NCBI GenBank assembly: GCA_002419285.1 | Contig: DIFU01000105.1 | Location: forward strand, 32,970-92,657 | Origin: Prolixibacteraceae bacterium UBA5740 | GTDB taxonomy: Bacteria; Bacteroidota; Bacteroidia; Bacteroidales; Prolixibacteraceae | Direction: 5' to 3' | DNA length: 59,688 nt | Shown: positions 21,243-30,881 of the stretch, one piece after another | How the letters are laid out: each line of letters opens with the position of its first letter | Position numbering within the stretch: the first letter of the stretch is position 1 | Made by a program: the position numbers and the translations under genes | Notes under the pieces: generated by a model | Seen by the model: the letters and a program-made list of their open reading frames with translations, nothing else | Databases searched by the model: none | Told to the model about the DNA's origin: nothing

Positions 21243-21314
21243 GGGGCACAAAGATAATAACCCATCGGTTAAAATATAATTCTACCCTTGAAGTCTTAAC
21301 AAACAGATTGACCG

Positions 21315-23933
21315 TTAGAATGACAACCAATAACTTAGCTTGACCATCAGTGCATTATCGGATGAAATACCTGAGATCCCCTTCAGGCTATTCCAGGCAG
21401 AAGGTTCGTAAGTGTTGCTATCCCGGAAACGATTGTGGGTCCAGACCAGGTAAACAGTGGAACCAGGTCGGTATTCCCACCGTATGACAAAATTTGAACG
21501 AAGCTCCTGATAATTAAAATCGGGATTTCCAACCAGGAAATCAAAATTTCCATCACTGTCCTCATCGAGATATATGGCAGGCCCTTGCCTGTCGACTTCG
21601 ACGAGGTCGCTGTAACGCGCTGAAGCATCACCAGATAGACTTTCCTGTACTTTCTTCAGTTTCAGAAAGTGACCAACTGATGCATAAGGACTGCCATAAA
21701 ACTGGAACGACAATTCAGGTGTGGCAAAAAACTCTGCTCTCAGTGTTGAGTAAAGCGTTTTTCGATCAAGCTCACCCACCACGTAACGAGTTTGATCATT
21801 AAACCTACGCTGCGCTACATACTGATTAAAATCGACAAGCTCTTCATATCGGGTTTGTGAAGTAACAGTAATACGGTTACTCAGTTTCCACTGTAAATAC
21901 AAGGTATAATCAACAGATTCACCCAAGCGATGGTCGACCCATTTGCTACGGGCTCCCAAACCCACAAATAGCTTCTTCGAACTGTTCGTTTGAAGAAAGA
22001 GTTCCGCCGATGTATAAGGATCGAGGCGCAAAGATGGCCCCCCCCTGAGTTGCCTGGTATCAACACGATGAAAATTCCTTACAAAATCAGCATGCAGACT
22101 CCAAAGATTGCTAAACTTGGCATATCCATGCAGATTAAGGTTATTGTTGATGTTTTCACCACCAAATGTCCAGTCATTTCGCTGATCAAAAGTAAAGTAA
22201 TAACTCTGCAAAATACCTTTGGGTTTGTTAACCTGATATCGCATGTTCACCCGTTGGTTTATCTGGTCGGCTTCACGGAGATAACCCAGATCATTCAATT
22301 CCAGTCCGGGGGATCGCCAACTCAGGATTCCCGTTGCCCTGAATTTTCCACTTTGCTTGCCCCCTGTCAGCTGACCGCCCCACCCTTCCATTGTATTGCG
22401 GGTATCATCCAATTCCAGATGATCAGCATTGGCTCTATGAAAAAGATGTCGACTATTGCGTTGCAGGAATGATATGGCCTCCTCGCTTCCGGAAATATGA
22501 GAATAAAAAGACTTTAAGTCAAAGAAATATTTGCGTTTTTTCCAGGTATGAAGTAAATCGATTCCACCCACAGTAGCTTTCTCCGGAAGAAATTTGAGAT
22601 GCTCTTCCTTGATTGAACGTATTGTTGAGGTAACAATGCCTCCCAAAATGGTATTGCCGTCATTGAAATCTTGTTTCAACCGGCCCACAAAATAGTTGCT
22701 GAGCGGTTCGGCAGTCTCTAATCGGGTGCCATTAACTCCCGTAATTTCAGCATATTCTTTTCCTGTAAGACTGTTTACAATCCCAACTGAAGTACCCTTT
22801 TTCCCCTTTCCGGTCAGCTTTAATGCATTAAGGATGGTTGTACCCGAAGGGATAGCCACCTTTTCATCTTCTTCTCCAAAGGGCATCCATGATGGACTGT
22901 GCCCTATTCTTCGCGAATAAAAAAGCATGTCGCTACCTGCAGAGTAGTCAAGTATATTATTTCCCTCGAGAAAAAAAGGCCGCTTCTCATCATAGAAAAC
23001 TTCATATGAAGAAAGGTTCAATATCGACGGGTCTGCTTCCACCTGCCCAAAATCAGGCAGCACGGTCAAATCAAGCGTATAATTAGACGAAAGGCCAATC
23101 TTCCCATCCAGACCATAACCAAACCGCTCACTTTTCAGGCCGCCGGTCACTTTTCGTCCTGCCACATATGGCATGATTTCGACATGGCGTTTTCGATTTA
23201 TACCCTCGATTCCCTGCAATTCGCCGAAGATATATACCATTGCAGGTGCATCAATGGGAATAAGTTTCCACTGGCTTTCTTCACCAAGCCTGTCAATCCA
23301 ACGCCAGATATGCATTCCCCAAACTTGATCATTGCTTTCGCTGAAACGCAGCTGGCTGAATGGAATCCTGATCTCTACAGTCCACATTGAATCGAGAATC
23401 TGGGTTCTTGCTTCCCATACAGCGTCCCAGTTAGTATCCCAAAGGTATGCTCCAAGATGCACCAGGTCAATCTTTTGTCCCGCTGCTGAAACATTGAATT
23501 CAAAGGCAGTACTTTTATCAAAATAGGTATCTAATGCAATACCGGCAATATCCCCACTTGTAAAATCATCACGACGCCCCATGACAGTACTGATTTTTTC
23601 AGGCTCATCATCAAAACATTTTAAGGCTACGTAAAGATTGTCATCATCATATAATATTTTGACTTCCGTTTTCTGGGAGGGTGGCCTACCCTGGTTTGGC
23701 TGTTGCTGAATAAAATCTCCCTGCCACGATCCTATATGTATCCAGCAGTCATCATCAAGGTGACCATCGATGCGGGGTCTGTTGTCAGTACGTAAAGTAT
23801 TGTATACCCGCTTGTTTCCTGCGTGGAAATTTACCAGCGAATCAGATGAAAGGTTATACGAAAAGTCCTGTGAAAAGACAGGTTCAAAGCTAATAAAGAA
23901 GAAAACAAATAAGAATAAGCGGTTTAGGTTCAT
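21315..23933 (-). CDS. DUF5916-type outer-membrane protein with N-terminal CBM9-like domain
   Basis: Signal peptide, PRIDGHLDD..W, PDFGQVEADP, EKRPFFLEG, FYSRRIG; C-terminal YWLSF beta-barrel signature. Confidence 0.8.
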   Translation of the reverse strand: MNLNRLFLFVFFFISFEPVFSQDFSYNLSSDSLVNFHAGNKRVYNTLRTDNRPRIDGHLDDDCWIHIGSWQGDFIQQQPNQGRPPSQKTEVKILYDDDNLYVALKCFDDEPEKISTVMGRRDDFTSGDIAGIALDTYFDKSTAFEFNVSAAGQKIDLVHLGAYLWDTNWDAVWEARTQILDSMWTVEIRIPFSQLRFSESNDQVWGMHIWRWIDRLGEESQWKLIPIDAPAMVYIFGELQGIEGINRKRHVEIMPYVAGRKVTGGLKSERFGYGLDGKIGLSSNYTLDLTVLPDFGQVEADPSILNLSSYEVFYDEKRPFFLEGNNILDYSAGSDMLFYSRRIGHSPSWMPFGEEDEKVAIPSGTTILNALKLTGKGKKGTSVGIVNSLTGKEYAEITGVNGTRLETAEPLSNYFVGRLKQDFNDGNTILGGIVTSTIRSIKEEHLKFLPEKATVGGIDLLHTWKKRKYFFDLKSFYSHISGSEEAISFLQRNSRHLFHRANADHLELDDTRNTMEGWGGQLTGGKQSGKFRATGILSWRSPGLELNDLGYLREADQINQRVNMRYQVNKPKGILQSYYFTFDQRNDWTFGGENINNNLNLHGYAKFSNLWSLHADFVRNFHRVDTRQLRGGPSLRLDPYTSAELFLQTNSSKKLFVGLGARSKWVDHRLGESVDYTLYLQWKLSNRITVTSQTRYEELVDFNQYVAQRRFNDQTRYVVGELDRKTLYSTLRAEFFATPELSFQFYGSPYASVGHFLKLKKVQESLSGDASARYSDLVEVDRQGPAIYLDEDSDGNFDFLVGNPDFNYQELRSNFVIRWEYRPGSTVYLVWTHNRFRDSNTYEPSAWNSLKGISGISSDNALMVKLSYWLSF

Positions 23934-24235
23934 GTTTGAGACATTATGTTTTCAAATGTATAAAATATTAAAATCTTGAACCAGTATAGTCGAAAAAAAT
24001 CAAAAAAAAGCAATGTATTATATAATATTATACTGATAATCAACAACAATCCTATTTAAAGAATTTTGAATCCGCACATCTTTTAAACTTTTTTATACTT
24101 TCACGGGTTTGTAATAACATTTAAAACTAAAAATCATTGGCTGAAATGCATATGTATCAACGGAATTTTTTGAATAAAATTTTTTGGACAAAATTGTATC
24201 TCGCATGAAATTAATAAGTTAAATAAATTGATTGC

Positions 24236-25741
24236 ATGAAACAGATCAAAAAGATTCTGGTCGCCAATAGAGGCGAGATTGCCATCAGGGTAATGCGTAC
24301 CTGCAGGGAAATGGAAATCAGGACAGTGGCAGTATATTCAGCGGCTGACCGAACTTCACTGCATGTACGATATGCCCACGAGGCATATTATATTGGAGAG
24401 GCACCCTCGTCGGAGAGTTACCTGAATATTGAGAAGATCATCGAAGCAGCCAAGGCAAGTGGCGCCGATGCAATCCATCCGGGCTATGGATTTTTAAGTG
24501 AAAACCCAGCGTTTGCCTCCCGTTGCAAAGAAGAAGGCATCATATTTATTGGACCTTCCCCGGAGGTAATGTTGACAATGGGAGACAAAATCAGAGCTCG
24601 TGAAGCTATGACAAAAGCTGGAATTCCGGTTGTACCCGGCACAGAAAGCGCCATATCCGACGAAAAGGAAGCGATCCATCTCATCAGTGAAATTGGATTA
24701 CCTGTCATGATAAAGGCTTCAGCCGGAGGTGGGGGTAGGGGAATGCGACTTGTCCACAGATATGATCAAATAGAAGCTTCACTTCGGGCGGCTCGTTCTG
24801 AAGCCAAAACGGCCTTCGGAGACGATTCAGTTTACATAGAGAAATATATCACTTCACCCCACCACATTGAGTTCCAGATTTTGATGGATTCACATGGGAA
24901 TGCGGTCCATCTCTTTGAAAGGGAATGTTCAGTGCAGCGTCGCCACCAGAAAATGATCGAGGAAACTCCATCTCCATTGATGACTCCGGAACTGCGAAGG
25001 GTTATGGGAGAGACAGCAGTTGCCGCCGCCAAGGCTGTTGATTACCTGGGAGCAGGCACCATTGAATTTCTGGTTGACAACGACTTGAATTACTTCTTTC
25101 TGGAAATGAACACCCGATTGCAGGTGGAGCATCCAATTACAGAACGAACCACAGGGGTTGACCTGGTTAAACAGCAAATAAAAATAGCCATGGGGCTGCC
25201 TCTTGCTTTCGGGCAGGATGACCTGAAACAAAGCGGTCATGCCATTGAGTGCAGGATCAATGCCGAAGATCCCGACAACAATTTTATGCCAGCTCCCGGC
25301 AAGGTACACAAGATCAAAGAGCCATCCGGGCTTGGAATCCGAATTGATGGATACGTGTATGAAGGATATGACATACCTATTTACTACGATTCAATGATTT
25401 CTAAACTGATAGTTTGGGGTAAAACTCGCGAAATCGCAATTCAACGTATGCGAAGGGCATTGTATGAATATAAGATTACCGGCGTTAAGACCTCCATTAA
25501 GTTCCTTGAGAAAATCATGGTAACCAAGGATTTTGCTGAAGGGAATTATGACACGCATTTTATTGAAAAGAACAAGGAAAACCTAACAGGCGAGGTTGAA
25601 ACCGGGAAGGAAATTGAAGATATGGTGATTATATCCGCTTATATCGACTATCTGGAACGAATCAGCCGAGCATACAATACCAAAGAGTTTCAACCGGCTC
25701 AGAGCCGATGGAAAAAAGCACCACAGATTCTTCACTTTTAA
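24236..25741 (+). CDS. accC: Biotin carboxylase subunit of acyl-CoA carboxylase
   Basis: ANRGEIA, HPGYGFLSEN, GGGGRGMR, FLEMNTRLQVEH. Confidence 0.95.
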   Translation: MKQIKKILVANRGEIAIRVMRTCREMEIRTVAVYSAADRTSLHVRYAHEAYYIGEAPSSESYLNIEKIIEAAKASGADAIHPGYGFLSENPAFASRCKEEGIIFIGPSPEVMLTMGDKIRAREAMTKAGIPVVPGTESAISDEKEAIHLISEIGLPVMIKASAGGGGRGMRLVHRYDQIEASLRAARSEAKTAFGDDSVYIEKYITSPHHIEFQILMDSHGNAVHLFERECSVQRRHQKMIEETPSPLMTPELRRVMGETAVAAAKAVDYLGAGTIEFLVDNDLNYFFLEMNTRLQVEHPITERTTGVDLVKQQIKIAMGLPLAFGQDDLKQSGHAIECRINAEDPDNNFMPAPGKVHKIKEPSGLGIRIDGYVYEGYDIPIYYDSMISKLIVWGKTREIAIQRMRRALYEYKITGVKTSIKFLEKIMVTKDFAEGNYDTHFIEKNKENLTGEVETGKEIEDMVIISAYIDYLERISRAYNTKEFQPAQSRWKKAPQILHF

Positions 25742-25750
25742 TCCCAGTTT

Positions 25751-26260
25751 ATGTCAGTTGAAATAAAATTAAATGATCGTTTCGCAAGGGTGGAGCTAAT
25801 ACAGCAGAATAACAATCTCCTGAAGATAAAGGTCGACGATACCATATATGATATCGACCTGATGCACACCGACGACGGAACATTCTCCATTATTGAAAAC
25901 AACAGGAGCCATGATATTGAATTGGTTCCGCTCGATCATCCCAAGAAATACCTTGGCTATACTCTTTACAAAACTTTTGAAGTTGAGGTAATTGACGCAG
26001 AAACACGATATCTGCTTGACAGGGTTGGAGGACAACTTGACTCAGACGAAAAAAACATCATTGCACCTATGCCAGGCAAGATCGTCAGGATACTTGTCGC
26101 TGAAGGAGAAGAGGTAACCAAAGGTCAAACCGTCATTATCCTTGCAGCAATGAAAATGGAGAGTGAATACAAAGCTACTGTCGACGGTATCGTCAGCAAA
26201 ATAAGTGTTGCTGAAGGTGATACCGTGGAAGGTAACCAGATATTAATTGAAATTGAATAA
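25751..26260 (+). CDS. Biotin carboxyl carrier protein with N-terminal extra domain
   Basis: APMPGK and AMKM biotinylation motif. Confidence 0.92.
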   Translation: MSVEIKLNDRFARVELIQQNNNLLKIKVDDTIYDIDLMHTDDGTFSIIENNRSHDIELVPLDHPKKYLGYTLYKTFEVEVIDAETRYLLDRVGGQLDSDEKNIIAPMPGKIVRILVAEGEEVTKGQTVIILAAMKMESEYKATVDGIVSKISVAEGDTVEGNQILIEIE

Positions 26261-26272
26261 AATCATTTCGGA

Positions 26273-27808
26273 ATGGATTTAAAACAAAAACTTGCCCTGC
26301 TGGACGAAATGAACCGTTCGGCTGAAATAGGTGGCGGACAGGAAAGAATAGAAAAGCAGCATTCCCAAGGGAAAAGGACTGCACGTGAACGAATCATGAA
26401 CCTGCTGGATCCTGGCACTTTCAATGAAATTGACAAACTTGTCACCCACCGAAATTACGATTTCGGAATGGAAAAGAAGAGAATTCTGGGTGACGGAGTA
26501 GTAGCCGGATACGGTAAAATAAACGGCAGACTTGTGTATGTGTATGCCCAGGATTTCACCGTTTTTGGAGGTACCTTGAGCCGTGCAAATGCCGACAAGA
26601 TTGTCAAGATACAAGATATGGCCCTAAAAATGGGAGCTCCGGTTATCGGTCTAAACGATTCAGGGGGCGCACGAATACAGGAAGGTGTGGAAAGCCTTGC
26701 CGGATATGCCGACATCTTCTATAACAATGTGATGTCGTCGGGCGTGATTCCCCAGATATCTGTCATTTTGGGTCCTTGTGCCGGAGGTGCGGTATACTCC
26801 CCTGCCCTGACTGATTTTATTTTTATGGTGAAGGAAAAAAGCCATATGTTTGTTACAGGTCCGGAGGTTATAAAAACCGTTACCCACGAAGATGTATCAA
26901 AAGAAGATCTTGGAGGGGCAATAACCCACAGCTCAAAAAGTGGTGTTGCCCATTTCGTTGGCAAAGATGAAGACCAGACTTTGCAGATGGTCAGAGAGCT
27001 TGTCAGCTTCCTTCCTTCCAACAATATGGAAGATGCCCCGGTTAAAACCACCATTGATCCATCTGACCGTGAAGAATCAGCACTTCAGGACATTGTTCCG
27101 GCTGATCCGAACAAACCATATGACATGCATGATATCATCCAGAAAGTCATTGACAACAAACACTTCCTGGAAGTTCAGCCCAATTATGCCCAAAATATAA
27201 TTGTAGGATTTGCCCGTTTTGGAGGGCAACCAGTTGGTATCGTTGCCAACCAGCCGCAATATCTTGCAGGAGTTCTGGATATAAACTCCTCTGTGAAGGC
27301 AGCCAGGTTTGTGCGTTTTTGCGATTCCTTCAACCTGCCTTTGGTAACTTTTGTCGATGTACCGGGATTCCTTCCTGGCACGGCACAGGAATTCGGTGGA
27401 ATCATCAAACATGGCGCCAAGTTACTGTATGCTTTTGCTGAGGCAACTGTTCCGAAAGTTACTCTGATTACCCGGAAAGCATACGGAGGCGCTTACGATG
27501 TGATGTCAAGCAAACACATTGGGGGCGATGTGAATCTGGCCTATCCCACTGCCGAAATTGCGGTAATGGGCCCAGAGGGTGCCATAAACATTCTTCGTCG
27601 CGACATTGAAACTGAAGGAGAGAAGGCCAAAGCCGTTGAGGAATATCGTGACACTTTTGCCAATCCATATAAGGCTGCAGCGTTGGGTTATATTGATGAA
27701 ATAATCAACCCGAAGGAAACCCGAAAAAAGATCATTGCTGCTCTGGAGATGACTCGCAATAAACGGAAAAGCAATCCGGTAAAAAAACACGGAAACATTC
27801 CGCTGTAA
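26273..27808 (+). CDS. Acyl-CoA (propionyl/methylmalonyl-CoA type) carboxyltransferase subunit
   Basis: [35 protein letters not shown]-terminal KHGNIPL. Confidence 0.93.
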   Translation: MDLKQKLALLDEMNRSAEIGGGQERIEKQHSQGKRTARERIMNLLDPGTFNEIDKLVTHRNYDFGMEKKRILGDGVVAGYGKINGRLVYVYAQDFTVFGGTLSRANADKIVKIQDMALKMGAPVIGLNDSGGARIQEGVESLAGYADIFYNNVMSSGVIPQISVILGPCAGGAVYSPALTDFIFMVKEKSHMFVTGPEVIKTVTHEDVSKEDLGGAITHSSKSGVAHFVGKDEDQTLQMVRELVSFLPSNNMEDAPVKTTIDPSDREESALQDIVPADPNKPYDMHDIIQKVIDNKHFLEVQPNYAQNIIVGFARFGGQPVGIVANQPQYLAGVLDINSSVKAARFVRFCDSFNLPLVTFVDVPGFLPGTAQEFGGIIKHGAKLLYAFAEATVPKVTLITRKAYGGAYDVMSSKHIGGDVNLAYPTAEIAVMGPEGAINILRRDIETEGEKAKAVEEYRDTFANPYKAAALGYIDEIINPKETRKKIIAALEMTRNKRKSNPVKKHGNIPL

Positions 27809-27816
27809 AAGACTTT

Positions 27817-27857
27817 AAATAAGAAAGCCTTCCTGACCGGGAAGGCTTTCTTTATTT
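27817..27857. terminator. Bidirectional terminator between convergent genes
   Basis: AAGAAAGCCTTCC/GGAAGGCTTTCTT 13-bp stem flanked by A/T runs. Confidence 0.85.
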
Positions 27858-27886
27858 ATTTAGGCTTAGTTGATGATACTTAAAAG

Positions 27887-30226
27887 CTATTTACGATACC
27901 GTGATACCCTTTCATCGGTAATTACTCCCGACCAATTCAACCCAAATCCAAAATCGTAATGATTCCCTTCCGAATCAGTATAAACTTCCATATCCTGGGG
28001 AACATCTTCAAACTGACTTTCCACCACAGCCATATTAACTGGCATCTGCATGGGTAGAAGTGCGGAAGGTTCGGCCACTCCTGTCAGAATATCCATCAAT
28101 GCCTGGTCTTGCACCTGAAAATGAACAAGAATAACGTCTGAAAGGGGCTCAATCTCTTTTAGAACTGTTGGATTACTTGTACTTATTAGCGTGATTACCG
28201 GTTTTCCTTTCATGATTTTTGCAGCCTCCTCCACTAATTTCATATCTGAAATATTGGAGGCTTCCACAGTTTTACCTTTATAACTTCGATTTACAAAATC
28301 TTCGAAAGGACTTCCGCCAGCTATACTTGGATCACGTGCGTCATCAGCGCTATATTTTGAGTATTGCAGACTGATGGGAACATATCCGTTACCTCCCTTA
28401 TTGCGGTCCTCCGTATCGTACCCTGTCATACCTTGCGGACTTTGTATGAACACCAGTGCGACATCAGCCTCACCAGGATTTCCGGTCAATTCAAAAAAAG
28501 ATCCTGCAACCTTTTCGCTAACCGGAAGTTCCCATCGTTCGGGTGTCACAGTTCCAAACCAGTCACGTCCCGGCGCAATATATCGCTGAGGAATATACAC
28601 TTTCAACCCCTTTTTCAGTGGCAAGACATTTTCCTTGTTCTTCAGCATCACCACTGATTTAAGTTGGGCTTCATAACCTGCCTGCATATAATCAGGATTA
28701 CCGACCACTCTCTTAGTCTCTTCAATATTGAGGTATGGATTTTCAAACAACCCAACCCGGAAGATATTACGAAGCAATCTCACCGCAGATTCCTCGAAGC
28801 GGGACCTCATCCAGGTTTCACCGTGTTCTTCAATACCCAACCGATAGGCTTCCATAACCGGACCGGCATCATTATTTCCACCAAACTGATCACATCCTGC
28901 CATTAAAACCCGGTAATGTCTTTCAGCTAACGACAATTTTTCCACTCCCCATGGCTTACCCTGAAAAATATCAACCCCAGTTACGTCCCCTGTAACCATC
29001 CAGTCAGTACAAATTACGCCGTCGTAACCATACCGTTTCCTTAACAGATCATGAATGATATATCGGTTGTACGCATTGGCGGAATTATCTCCGTTGACGG
29101 TATCCTGATTGAATGAGATGGTATAATAAGGCATTACGGCAGACGCCATACGGGTTGGACCATTCAGTTTAAAAGCACCTTCAGTAAAAGGAATCAGATG
29201 CTTTGAAAAGCTATTTCCCGGATAAACGGCATAGGCCCCGTATCCGAAATGTCCGTCGCGGCCACCTTCTTCAGGACCTCCTCCCGGCCAGTGTTTCACC
29301 ATGGCATTGACACTCTGATATCCCCATCCTCCAAAAACAACCACCGAATCAGGAGAATTCTGGAATCCATCGACATATGCCCGGGCCATATCAGCCGCCA
29401 GCTGGGGATTCTCACCAAAGGTGCCGCTGAAACGATTCCAGCGGGGCTCAGTCGCCAGGTCAATTTGAGGTGAAAGAGCAGTGGCTATACCAAGAGACCT
29501 GTACTCATGGGAAGCAATGTTCCCGAACTTTTCGACCAACCCAGGATCGAATGTTGCAGCCAGACCGAGAGATCCAGGCCACATCGATATCTGACCACCA
29601 GCACCATAATTATATTCTGCACCTGAGTCACTACCATGGCGGGGATCAGAACTATTGTTGGCAGGGATACCCATACCTATTCCCTCAACCAGAGCCTGCA
29701 TTTCATTATTCCAGCGCGCTGCCACTTCAGGATTTTGTACCCTGGTGATCAAAACATGCCTCAAATTATCTTCAACAAGGAATTTCCTTTGCTGATCGGT
29801 GAGACTCCACGGGGATAGTCCACTTTCCTCCAGAGACTTACCGCTGTAAGTTCCGCCAAAACGGCCACCTCCCACCGCCGGTATTGCCTGGTGGCCACTA
29901 TATAACATCAAACCGGCGATTTGCTCAATAGTCATTTTGCCTGCCAAATCCCTCGTACGGAGGTCCACTGGCAAACGCCAGTCTTCATACGGATCCAATT
30001 CCCCATTACGGTTTAAGTCTTTAAAGGCAAAGCCGTGATCAATAATCAACTGAATGCCAGAAGTCACAGAATATCCGAGGGTTTGCCCTCCCTTATTGGT
30101 TACTATTCGGATATCTCCTATTTCGCTTTCAGACCACTTGGTTTGGGTGCAACCTGAATTCCAAAGAAAAATGGCAACCATTGCGGTCAGTATCAGGGAA
30201 ATCCTTGAACGTTGTACTGCTTTCAT
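27887..30226 (-). CDS. Glycoside hydrolase family 3 (beta-glucosidase/xylosidase), lipoprotein
   Basis: DLNRNGELDPYEDWR, KHWPG, ICTDW nucleophile motif; lipobox NSGC. Confidence 0.92.
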   Translation of the reverse strand: MKAVQRSRISLILTAMVAIFLWNSGCTQTKWSESEIGDIRIVTNKGGQTLGYSVTSGIQLIIDHGFAFKDLNRNGELDPYEDWRLPVDLRTRDLAGKMTIEQIAGLMLYSGHQAIPAVGGGRFGGTYSGKSLEESGLSPWSLTDQQRKFLVEDNLRHVLITRVQNPEVAARWNNEMQALVEGIGMGIPANNSSDPRHGSDSGAEYNYGAGGQISMWPGSLGLAATFDPGLVEKFGNIASHEYRSLGIATALSPQIDLATEPRWNRFSGTFGENPQLAADMARAYVDGFQNSPDSVVVFGGWGYQSVNAMVKHWPGGGPEEGGRDGHFGYGAYAVYPGNSFSKHLIPFTEGAFKLNGPTRMASAVMPYYTISFNQDTVNGDNSANAYNRYIIHDLLRKRYGYDGVICTDWMVTGDVTGVDIFQGKPWGVEKLSLAERHYRVLMAGCDQFGGNNDAGPVMEAYRLGIEEHGETWMRSRFEESAVRLLRNIFRVGLFENPYLNIEETKRVVGNPDYMQAGYEAQLKSVVMLKNKENVLPLKKGLKVYIPQRYIAPGRDWFGTVTPERWELPVSEKVAGSFFELTGNPGEADVALVFIQSPQGMTGYDTEDRNKGGNGYVPISLQYSKYSADDARDPSIAGGSPFEDFVNRSYKGKTVEASNISDMKLVEEAAKIMKGKPVITLISTSNPTVLKEIEPLSDVILVHFQVQDQALMDILTGVAEPSALLPMQMPVNMAVVESQFEDVPQDMEVYTDSEGNHYDFGFGLNWSGVITDERVSRYRK

Positions 30227-30820
30227 AAGTGATGTAATTGATGAAACTTCTTGTTGGGCTTAGTCTTATCCCCTTCACATGAAAAACCATAAGGTTATAT
30301 GATGCAAGGTCTGATTAACTACCTGACATCGAATAATCATTTAACAGGCAAGAATAAGACTTAAGTGCTTAAAAATAACCAGTTTTTTTTTTATAAATCG
30401 TGTAATAATTGAAAATCATCGCCCTTCCGCCGAATTTTGATTCAACGAATTGGAAATTGACATTTGTCACATTACAAACTATTCTGATAAATTATTGACT
30501 TGAGTAATGCCCATATTTAGCAAGAAACAGGTTCTAATAAAAAAGAGGATGAATTAAAAGTCCTAGCCACCCTAAACCAGGAACATTGATTTGACCACTC
30601 CCTCTGAACTCTTATTTAAGCTATGTCCAGGTCTTGTACCCCTTTTGGGTTTAACCATAGTTTCTGCATTCTTTCACCATTCTTTTACCATCACTATATG
30701 GTAAAACTTTGGTGTTAAATTGGCAAATGTATCTAGATAGTCAGAAGGTGGTCAGGACCTGGTTAAGTGTTGGAAAGAGTTTATTTGGGGTATCAATGAA
30801 GAGCTTTACCAACATCCACC

Positions 30821-30863
30821 AAAAAAAATGAGGCTCGCTCAAAAGTGAGCCAGCCTCATTTTT
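30821..30863 (-). terminator. Intrinsic terminator downstream of the interrupted gene
   Basis: AAAAATGAGGCT.../...AGCCTCATTTTT inverted repeat with an 8-U run on the minus strand. Confidence 0.8.
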
Positions 30864-30881
30864 AATGTTTCAAATCAATGG

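Noticed and set aside
10921..27857. Similar AAAGCCTTCC...GGGAAGG hairpins at 10925 and 27824 as a REP-like repeat
   Set aside because: Only two short copies with different loops, both at gene ends. Explained as terminators.
30227..30820. Roughly 600-nt intergenic stretch, including an 8-bp inverted repeat (30262-30269 / 30354-30361), as a MITE or RNA gene
   Set aside because: The repeat is short and A/T-rich with no clear target duplication, and I could recognise no ORF remnant or RNA motif.
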